Shown: positions 1 through 6,969 of the stretch, piece after piece
How positions within the stretch are numbered: the first letter of the stretch is position 1
How the letters are laid out: the number at the start of each line of letters is the position of its first letter
Assembly (NCBI GenBank): GCA_964597895.1
Contig: CAZQZS010000001.1
Span: 81,008 to 145,007, forward strand
DNA: 64,000 nt
Direction of reading: 5' to 3'
Source: an uncultured Candidatus Saccharibacteria bacterium
GTDB taxonomy: Bacteria > Patescibacteriota > Doudnabacteria > UBA920
Notes under the pieces: generated by a model
What the model was told of the DNA's origin: nothing
The model's input: the letters and a program-made list of their open reading frames with translations, nothing else
The model's database searches: none
Position numbers and translations under genes: made by a program

Positions 1-2
1 CG

Positions 3-431
3 GCTGTGATGGTCTCCACTTTTGCCAATCGCGGCCTAAAGGTAACGCCTTTTATTCCTAAAAAGAATCCTGATGGCACAATGCCGGAGCCAAAAGTCAC
101 CAAAGTGGACTTGCCGGAAGATGTGTTGGATGGCGCAATTCCAGGAATGAAGGGCGCTGCCGAATACGGTACAGCCCACCGGGGAGTGGATGCTTCCAAA
201 GGCATTGCTGGTAAAACCGGCACTTGCCAAGGAACTGGACTATTTGCTTCGGTTGCTCCCATCAGCGATCCAAAGTACACCGTTGTGGTCATCACGCGGG
301 GTGCAAGTGGACGCGGAAGAATAGCCGCAGCAATTGCTGGAAAAATCTATCAAAGCATCATGCCGGAGCTTGAGATCCGGAAGCCTTCAGTTGAGGAGGT
401 AGACACGCCGAGATTAGGTATTTTACAGTAA
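3..431 (+). CDS. penicillin-binding protein (transpeptidase) C-terminal fragment, 5' end outside window
   Basis: ORF runs off the window start; KTG(T) motif (GKTGTCQ) typical of PBP transpeptidase domain. Confidence 0.6.
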   Translation, partial: AVMVSTFANRGLKVTPFIPKKNPDGTMPEPKVTKVDLPEDVLDGAIPGMKGAAEYGTAHRGVDASKGIAGKTGTCQGTGLFASVAPISDPKYTVVVITRGASGRGRIAAAIAGKIYQSIMPELEIRKPSVEEVDTPRLGILQ

Positions 432-484
432 CTTTTCATTTCTTCAATTCTTGTCAGCTTACGGGGAGCTGGCAGGTGGCGAAG

Positions 485-518
485 GAGCTGATCGTATCCG
501 CACGATCAGCTCTTTTTT
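485..518 (+). terminator. rho-independent terminator after PBP gene
   Basis: 10-bp perfect stem gagctgatcg/cgatcagctc followed by TTTTTT. Confidence 0.6.
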
Positions 519-524
519 AATCCA

Positions 525-553
525 TTGACTTATGGCCTGATTTAGCGTATAAT
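525..553 (+). promoter_or_regulatory. sigma70-like promoter of rpmF leader
   Basis: TTGACT - 17 nt - TATAAT read directly. Confidence 0.55.
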
Positions 554-600
554 TATCACATTGACTTTAAGATTAAAACAAATTTTTGCTTGGGCCGACA

Positions 601-672
601 GGTGAAGGCGCGACGAGTGTAGCGAGGAGCGCCGTAGCGAACCCCAAGGTTAAGCGAAAATTTGAGAGGAGA
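601..672 (+). ncRNA. conserved structured motif copy A (candidate leader RNA element of rpmF)
   Basis: About 80% identical to 4743-4814; helix ggcGc...gCgcc vs ggcTc...gAgcc covaries; shared core gagtgtagcga...ggttaagc.aaatttg. Confidence 0.3.
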
Positions 673-738
673 AATTGACGAAGACAGCTAGCGGACAAGT
701 TTGCTTGCCTGCGAGAGGTCGGAGACAATTTTGACGAC

Positions 739-903
739 ATGGGAGTTCCAAAGAAGCATAAAACCCGTAGTGGCCGCGACCAACGTCGCAGTCATCACGC
801 CTTAACCGCCAGCCAACTGGCCAAGTGTAAGAATTGCGGCAGCCCAACTCAGCCTCATCACGCTTGTCCAAACTGTGGTTATTACAAAGGACGCAAGGCT
901 TAA
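739..903 (+). CDS. rpmF: 50S ribosomal protein L32
   Basis: 54-aa ORF MGVPKKHKTRSGRDQRRSHHALTA...CxxC...CxxC zinc-ribbon, below 60-aa cut-off of ORF track. Confidence 0.85.
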   Translation: MGVPKKHKTRSGRDQRRSHHALTASQLAKCKNCGSPTQPHHACPNCGYYKGRKA

Positions 904-1097
904 GTTTGAACCAGCTATTACGAAAAGAAACAGCGAATCGCTGTTTCTTTTCTTTGCCCGATTGCTTTGTCAGAAGCCTGCGTTCGGCTTCGCCGTAACT
1001 TTCATTACGCCTCCGCCGAGCCTCGGCTTCTTGCGCGCACTCGGGCAAAATAGCTAGGTTCTAGCAGTTTGTGGATATTTAAGTTAAACTTAACTAT

Positions 1098-1523
1098 ATG
1101 GCCAACCGACACTTACTTAGAACCATAGCCCTTCAATCTTTGTTTGAGTGGGACTTTCATAACCGCCAAGGGGATTTGGCGGATATTTTGGACAGAGTAT
1201 CCAAAGAGTTTTCTCCCGACCAAGAAGGGTTGGAGTTTGCCAATGAGCTGCTCATGGGCGTAGTTAATAATATAGACGAGCTTGATGCGGTGATTGTAAA
1301 GCATGCTCCAGAATGGCCAATCGAACAGATTACTATCATTGACCGTAATGTTTTGCGGTTGGGGATTTATGAGCTTCTTCACCTTAAAGAAACTCCGGCT
1401 AAGGTAGCAATTAACGAAGCTGTAGAAATGGGCAAGCGTTTCGGCGGGGAATCATCGGGCAAGTTTGTTAATGGTGTACTCGGCGCTTTGTTTAAAGAAT
1501 TGCCCGAGGCTGAACAATCCTAA
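1098..1523 (+). CDS. nusB: transcription antitermination factor NusB
   Basis: 141 aa, NusB-like sequence ([13 protein letters not shown]...). Confidence 0.85.
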   Translation: MANRHLLRTIALQSLFEWDFHNRQGDLADILDRVSKEFSPDQEGLEFANELLMGVVNNIDELDAVIVKHAPEWPIEQITIIDRNVLRLGIYELLHLKETPAKVAINEAVEMGKRFGGESSGKFVNGVLGALFKELPEAEQS

Positions 1524-1535
1524 AACCATAAGTTT

Positions 1536-1566
1536 GCACCTCGCGATTGCGAGGTGTTTTTTTATC
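1536..1566 (+). terminator. rho-independent terminator after nusB
   Basis: cacctcgc-gatt-gcgaggtg hairpin followed by T7. Confidence 0.6.
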
Positions 1567-1642
1567 CCAGTTTGAGTTTTTATTGACTGTGTTTTGAACA
1601 GCGCCATGCATAATTACAACAAGATAATCAGAAAGGAGTATT

Positions 1643-3676
1643 ATGCAACAAAAAGTATTGCTTTGGTTTACAGCATTGGCTGTAGCTATTGGCAGCATGG
1701 CTGGTTTGGCTGTACAGACTGCCCGGGCCGAAGTGGCGGCTCAGCCGATTGTTATTTCGGCAGTTCAAGTCTCCGGAGGGGACGGCTTTGTTAATCAGGA
1801 TTTTATAGAGCTATATAATCCGAATCCGTACCCAATGGATTTAAACGGACATCGATTGGTAAAGCGTTCCGCAAATGGCACTGCGGATAGCTCAATCAAA
1901 TCATTTTCGGCAGAAACAATCATTCCGGCTTATAGTTTTTATCTGTGGGCCAATTCTTCCTGGTTGGATATTGCTGTAGTGCCTGATGCTACAACTTCGG
2001 CTACACTAGCCAACGATAATGGCGTGGCTTTGCGCCAGGGTGCATTAGACACTGGGACGATCATTGATAGCCTAGCTTGGGGAGAAACTAGCAATGGTTT
2101 TGTAACTACAGGTTTATCTAACCCCTCGGGAGGAGAATCTGTAGTCAGGCAAGATTTGTTTGAGAATCTTGGCTATTTTCTGGCTAGCAGCAGCCCGCGA
2201 AACAGCAGTGTTCAAGTGTTGCCAGATCAAATCCCTGAGCTAACCGATAACGCTCAGTGTGGTGTAGAAAATCATTCTGTCCAAGTAGCGCCTGGTCAAT
2301 CCTTGCTGCTGAACCTTAACTTGGTAAATTTAGGAAACACGGTTTGGAGCAGCTCAAATTATTTTGTCCAGCAAAATTATACTTCTAGTGAGCTACGAAT
2401 AAGTTTGGGCAAAGATGTAAATCCTCTAGAACAGATTACGCTTGCTTTAACTCTATCCGCACCCGTACAGATCGGAGAGTACTTTTACCAATGGCAGATG
2501 AATTCTGGAGTACAGCTGTTTGGGGAGGTGTGCTCAATGACCGTGACGGTGCAGGTGGAGGTGCCGGATGATCAACCAGGTAGCCAGGCCAAGACAGTTC
2601 AGATCACCGAATTTCTGCCTAATCCAATCGGGGAGGATAATGGTTTTGAGGTGGTGGAGTTACATAATTTTGGCAATACTGTAATCAACTTAGAAAATTG
2701 GGTTTTAGATGACGTTTTAACAGCACCTTTAAGTTCAAATGCATTTGTCCTGGGAAATCAGACATTGGGAGCAGGGGAATATGTTGCCATAACGATTCCT
2801 TCGGGCAAATTTGGCTTGAATAATAGCGGGGGAGATGGTTTAGGCTTATTTGACCAAGAAGGCGAATTAATCAGCAAAGTTACTTATACGAGCACGGCCC
2901 CAGAAGGTAAGTCGTATAGCTTGATTGGCGGTTCTTGGTACTGGTCAGCGCCAAGCCTGGGATCGGTTAATCTAGAATTGCCGTCAGATAATCCAGACAT
3001 TCCCGATGATTCTGATGACGAAGCACCACCTGTTGATCCTGAGCCTGATGATGAGTCAGTGAATTATGAACTGATAATTTCGGAAATCTACCCAGCGCCC
3101 AAACCAGCGCAAAAGGAGTTTGTGGAGATTTATAACCCCAGCGTTTCATTGGTAAATCTGTCGGCCTACAAACTAGTTATCGGATCTAGGGCACAAGTTT
3201 TGCCTGATGTAGATTTGGGGAGCGGGGAATATTTTATACTAACCGGCCAAGATTTAAAGCTTCCTTTGGCAGATTCAGGGAAATTAATTCAACTGCAATC
3301 TCTTTCGGGCGAGATTATAGATGAAGTTGAGTATCCAAAGGCTCTTAAGGGGAGCAGCTATGCTTGGGCTGAGGATAGTTATGTTTGGACTTTAACGCCA
3401 ACTCCTGGACAAGCTAATCAACTGACTGTGTCTGGTGAGGGTCGCTCAAGCAAGGCTAAGCCTGCCAAAAAAACTGTGCCAGCAAAAGTTGCCAAGCAGC
3501 CCATAGCCGGAGTAAGCGAGACTAATCAGGACAAATTTCCTCAGGAAATTGCTCCAGCTTTAGCTCCTCCAGCCCAACAACCCAAGGCTAACATTATCAA
3601 TGCTATAGCCATTGGTTTTGCAAGCTTAAGCGCTGGTGTTTATGCGCTGTATAAATTCGGAATAGCTGGGCTTTAG
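1643..3676 (+). CDS. secreted/membrane-anchored protein with three lamin-tail-like domains
   Basis: Signal peptide; three repeats of the V.ISE..YNP....EF+ELYN...L.GW pattern (aa about 45, 320, 470); C-terminal TM helix; strong RBS aaaggag. Confidence 0.6.
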   Translation: MQQKVLLWFTALAVAIGSMAGLAVQTARAEVAAQPIVISAVQVSGGDGFVNQDFIELYNPNPYPMDLNGHRLVKRSANGTADSSIKSFSAETIIPAYSFYLWANSSWLDIAVVPDATTSATLANDNGVALRQGALDTGTIIDSLAWGETSNGFVTTGLSNPSGGESVVRQDLFENLGYFLASSSPRNSSVQVLPDQIPELTDNAQCGVENHSVQVAPGQSLLLNLNLVNLGNTVWSSSNYFVQQNYTSSELRISLGKDVNPLEQITLALTLSAPVQIGEYFYQWQMNSGVQLFGEVCSMTVTVQVEVPDDQPGSQAKTVQITEFLPNPIGEDNGFEVVELHNFGNTVINLENWVLDDVLTAPLSSNAFVLGNQTLGAGEYVAITIPSGKFGLNNSGGDGLGLFDQEGELISKVTYTSTAPEGKSYSLIGGSWYWSAPSLGSVNLELPSDNPDIPDDSDDEAPPVDPEPDDESVNYELIISEIYPAPKPAQKEFVEIYNPSVSLVNLSAYKLVIGSRAQVLPDVDLGSGEYFILTGQDLKLPLADSGKLIQLQSLSGEIIDEVEYPKALKGSSYAWAEDSYVWTLTPTPGQANQLTVSGEGRSSKAKPAKKTVPAKVAKQPIAGVSETNQDKFPQEIAPALAPPAQQPKANIINAIAIGFASLSAGVYALYKFGIAGL

Positions 3677-3852
3677 TCAAACAATTTTGCGTGTTAAAAT
3701 GTTCATATCTATGGAATATCTCAAAAAAATCTGGAAGTGGATAGAAATCGGTATAGGGTTTGTAATTAATAGCCTCGGGAATCTCATTCTGCCTGGTTAG
3801 AAAATTTATTTTAGGTATGTTATAATTCAGAAAATCAGTAATTTGATGCTTT

Positions 3853-4164
3853 ATGAGTTTGAACAAATCTGATTTAATTGAGGTTTTGGCAGCCCGTTTG
3901 TCTATCACTTATACAGAAGCCGAACGCATGCTTAATGCCTTTATTAATTTAATCTACGAATCGCTCAAAAACGGCGAGAAAGTTAACATTAGCGGCTTTG
4001 GCCAGTTTAGCGTTTCTCATAGAGCGCCACGCATTGGTGTTAACCCGCGTAATCCTACCCAAAAGATAGAGATTCCAGAATTGAACACCCCAAAGTTTAA
4101 AGCCGGAGAGGCTTTTAAAGAAGCTGTGAAGTTAAGAAAAAATTCTAGCCATATACAAGAATAA
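3853..4164 (+). CDS. hup: HU/IHF family DNA-binding protein
   Basis: 103 aa with HU signature (GFGQFSVSHRAPRIGVNPRNP). Confidence 0.85.
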   Translation: MSLNKSDLIEVLAARLSITYTEAERMLNAFINLIYESLKNGEKVNISGFGQFSVSHRAPRIGVNPRNPTQKIEIPELNTPKFKAGEAFKEAVKLRKNSSHIQE

Positions 4165-4165
4165 A

Positions 4166-4192
4166 TAAAACCGCCGTAAGGCGGTTTTATTC
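4166..4192 (+). terminator. rho-independent terminator after hup
   Basis: aaaaccgcc-gtaa-ggcggtttt hairpin plus T-run. Confidence 0.6.
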
Positions 4193-4230
4193 TAATTAAG
4201 AAAAAAGCACCGAACGAGATGTCTTTTCTT

Positions 4231-4631
4231 TGGAGCGGGTAAGGGGAATTACGCGTCGGCTTTCTGCTGAAAGCCTCCTTGCCCGGGGTTGCGGAAACCT
4301 GCCACTGGCAGCTTTCCGATCGTTCGCTTTCGGTTTTCTCTGCAGAGAAAACCTCAGCTCACTTCAACCCGTTCGATTCCTCTATAATCATTCCAAAGTA
4401 AAAGCCCCAGCTATCGCTGAGGCATTTACTTTGGAGCGGCTAAGGGGAATGTCGCGTCGGCTTTCTACTGAAAGCCTCCTTGCCCGGGGTTGCGGAAACC
4501 TGCCACTGGCAGCTTTCCGATCGTTCGCTTTCGGTTTTCTCTGCAGAGAAAACCTCAGCTCACTTCAACCCGTTCGATTCCGCTAACTCACCAAAATAAA
4601 AAAGTACCAGGCAAGCTGATACTTTTTTATT
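4231..4631. repeat. 200/201-bp tandem repeat (2 copies) ending in the tRNA-Gly gene; each copy begins with a 19-nt duplicate of the tRNA-Gly 3' end
   Basis: tggagcgggtaaggggaat at 4231 and 4432 (1 mismatch) equals the 3' end of tRNA-Gly at 4632; the rest of each unit is near-identical between copies. Confidence 0.75.
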
Positions 4632-4706
4632 TGGAGCGGGTAAGGGGAATCGAACCCCTATCATCAGTTTGGAAAACTGAGATAATAACCATTATACGAT
4701 ACCCGC
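4632..4706 (-). tRNA. tRNA-Gly (anticodon UCC)
   Basis: Manual cloverleaf: acceptor GCGGGTA/TACCCGC, anticodon stem TCAGT/ACTGA, loop TTTCCAA, T-arm AGGGG-TTCGATT-CCCCT, discriminator U, CCA encoded; close to E. coli glyT. Confidence 0.85.
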
Positions 4707-4742
4707 AATCTAATGGTGATCAAATTTCTGCTTGGGGCAAGT

Positions 4743-4814
4743 TGGAGCAGGCTCACGGAGTGTAGCGACGGGAGCCGTCGCGACAACGCAGGTTAAGCAG
4801 AAATTTGTAAGGCA
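4743..4814 (+). ncRNA. conserved structured motif copy B
   Basis: Paralogue of 601-672 with compensatory change in the closing helix. Confidence 0.3.
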
Positions 4815-4883
4815 CAATAATGCGGAAGGTGGAGTGGGTCCGCCAGGGGCGGGCACACGCAACCTGCAGCATTAATTGGGCCG

Positions 4884-4960
4884 TGGTCGGGAACCCGGGA
4901 CTCGAACCCGGAACCTCTCGGTCCCAAACCGAGTGCTCTAGCCAATTGAGCCAGTTCCCG
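4884..4960 (-). tRNA. tRNA-Pro (anticodon UGG)
   Basis: Manual cloverleaf: acceptor CGGGAAC/GTTCCCG, anticodon stem CTCGG/CCGAG, loop TTTGGGA, T-arm CCGGG-TTCGAGT-CCCGG, CCA encoded. Confidence 0.85.
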
Positions 4961-5203
4961 AAGCATGATTGCCTCAAATCTACATATGTTACCGAGCCAC
5001 AGCCATCTAAGGCTAGAGGCACTCGGTGAGTGCACTATCTCTTGGTCTGCCTTGGGCAGAACCCAATTGAGCCAGTTCCCGAAGCATGATTGCCTCAAAT
5101 CTACATATGTTACCGAGCCACAGCCATCTAAGGCTAGAGGCACTCGGTGAGTGCACTATCTCTTGGTCTGCCTTGGGCAGAACCCAATTGAGCCAGTTCC
5201 CGT
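4944..5203. repeat. 121-bp tandem repeat, about 2.1 copies, first copy overlapping the 5' 17 nt of tRNA-Pro
   Basis: aattgagccagttcccgaagc... recurs at 4944, 5065, 5186 with identical units. Confidence 0.8.
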
Positions 5204-5263
5204 CGCACATATACATCAAATACAAGTTATTCTACTAATTTTGTCGTAAAAAATCAAGCTGGA

Positions 5264-5292
5264 TTGACATTTATAGGATTAATCTGTAAAAT
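5264..5292 (+). promoter_or_regulatory. sigma70-like promoter
   Basis: TTGACA - 17 nt - TAAAAT, followed by RBS aaaggagg and ATG 5353. Confidence 0.5.
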
Positions 5293-5352
5293 GATATAAC
5301 TGATTTTAGGTTCGGCAATTGGCCCGTATTTTGTTCAAAGGAGGAAACTAAC

Positions 5353-5886
5353 ATGTTAGGTGGAAGGCAGATCTTTGGTTTGGCGGTTTTTGTTTTTGTC
5401 GTCGTATCGTGGGTCGCATGGTACGATTGGTCGAAGTTTTATAGTTCGGCTTGTGAGGAGTGGGGATCGTCTGCTATTGACTGCAACAGCGAATCCTATC
5501 GTCCTGCCGATAAGGTCAAGCACTTGCACGAGTATGTGCGCAATCCTGGTAATGCCAAAAGTTTTCAGCAGTACCAACAGCTGGATACAAATAGAGTTAA
5601 GTACTCCGCCGCTGTCCTCAAGACAGACAATGGGGTATATTACTTGAACGCTTTTCCAGATTCCCTTCAGGTTTTGTTTGTAAAGAATGGAATGCAAGAT
5701 CCGGAATTTGGCTGGCAGGATTTTGATGCCGACGGCACCATTGATTTTGCCACCAGGAGGTTGGTCGATAAGTCACCTCCAGTAGTCTACGATTCCGAGA
5801 TGGGCTTAAACCGTGACCTTAGACCCATATTCCAAGCTGCTTACTCTATGCACGTAGAGACCATCACTACCAGGCTTGGCCTGTAG
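5353..5886 (+). CDS. hypothetical membrane-anchored protein
   Basis: 177-aa ORF with strong RBS, N-terminal TM helix; no recognisable family. Confidence 0.45.
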   Translation: MLGGRQIFGLAVFVFVVVSWVAWYDWSKFYSSACEEWGSSAIDCNSESYRPADKVKHLHEYVRNPGNAKSFQQYQQLDTNRVKYSAAVLKTDNGVYYLNAFPDSLQVLFVKNGMQDPEFGWQDFDADGTIDFATRRLVDKSPPVVYDSEMGLNRDLRPIFQAAYSMHVETITTRLGL

Positions 5887-5891
5887 GCGTT

Positions 5892-5926
5892 AGCGGTCGT
5901 TGTTAACGGCCGCTTTTTTATTTTGA
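5892..5926 (+). terminator. rho-independent terminator
   Basis: agcggtcg-ttgttaa-cggccgct hairpin and T-rich tail. Confidence 0.45.
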
Positions 5927-6866
5927 CTTTATATTGGTAGATCTCTGCGCAGCTTGCACAAACAAAACTTTAGCTATTTTTAGGCTAGATTATGACTTTT
6001 AAGCCATTTTGCAAGACAATTTGCTCGGCCAGACCTTCAAGCTAACCGTGAATATACCCCCATAATTAGTTGACCTTTTTGGCCAGGTATTTTATAATAT
6101 ATGCACAAATGAAAAAGATTGGTTGCCAATTAAATAGCAATCTCCAAATGCGCAAATAAGCGTATTTTTGCCAAATCTCCGTATTTTGGCAAAAATCTCC
6201 ATATTTTGCGTGTTTTTTGTTACCAAAGTTGGCCCAAAGTAGTAAACATATATACATTAAAAAATCAGCCATTTTTTGTAACAGCTTACTAGTATAGACG
6301 TCTAATTTACCGTAATCTGACAATCCTAGAAACAAACACCTAAAAAATCGAGTTTAGAGTAATGCCTGACAGACAGGTATCACCCTGAACTTGAATTGTG
6401 TCATTCTTGGGCTCTACCCTGAGCTTGTCGAAGGGGAGAGAGCCGGGATCTATAATTTATGGATCCCCGGCCGCCGTCGGCGCCAGGGATGACAACTAAA
6501 GAATTCTCGGGCGTGAACCGGGATTCCACAAGTTCAGTTAGTTCTTTTTAGTTATTGACTCATTTTGTACCGTTTCTCAAAAGGTGACTTACGTATTAAT
6601 CACCGAGGCCGGTTGGTAGTCTGAGTTAGCGTTAGATTCCTTGGTCCTAGATCAGGGAGGCCTATGCAAACTCGCGGCGCTCTTGCAGCGTCCTGCCCAC
6701 CCGTTTTGGCAGTAAGTATCCTTGGTCGAACTTTTGGGAGCGAGCGCGTGCGAAATGAATTATCAATAATCGGTCTATGTTTGAAATAGGCGAGCGTGAA
6801 CTCTAGAGCTCGCTCGAAACTAACAGATATAGCTCGTTAAACCTAATTAATATTTTTTGAATCTTT

Positions 6867-6894
6867 TATTGATTATCTCAATTGAATAATCAAG
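6867..6894. promoter_or_regulatory. palindromic operator-like site upstream of acidic surface protein paralogue A
   Basis: TTATTGATTATCTCAATTGAATAATCAAG; inverted repeat ttgattat/ataatcaa; related copy at 11011-11040. Confidence 0.4.
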
Positions 6895-6969
6895 ACTGGT
6901 ATTCTCTCTCTTGTCCTAATGAACAACGAAAGAGATTCTGCCAGCCCGATTCAAAAAATGGAGTATTAA

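Noticed and set aside
650-1048. 132-aa minus-strand ORF
   Set aside because: It is antisense to rpmF and its structured leader. The plus-strand r-protein gene with promoter is the real feature.
4230-4765. ORF-track entries 4230-4586 (118 aa with internal protein repeat) and 4490-4765
   Set aside because: They are translations of the 200-bp tandem DNA repeat and the antisense strand of tRNA-Gly. There is no RBS, and the repeat is explained at DNA level.
4753-5225. Overlapping small ORFs on both strands across tRNA-Pro and the 121-bp tandem repeat
   Set aside because: They are antisense or overlapping to a tRNA and are generated by repeat periodicity. They are not coding.
6066-6335. 89-aa minus-strand ORF in an AT-rich intergenic region
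   Set aside because: It has no RBS, is a low-complexity AT-rich translation, and lies in a region better explained as promoter or intergenic DNA.
6360-6860. Possible RNase P RNA, tmRNA, SRP RNA or 5S rRNA in the GC-rich island
   Set aside because: I searched by eye for P4 (AGGAAAGUCCGGGC), the SRP domain IV GGAA/AGCAGC motif, a tmRNA tag-ORF with tRNA-like ends, and 5S loop motifs. None was present. A weak 5S-like stretch (ggttggtagtctgag) lacks the remainder of the molecule.
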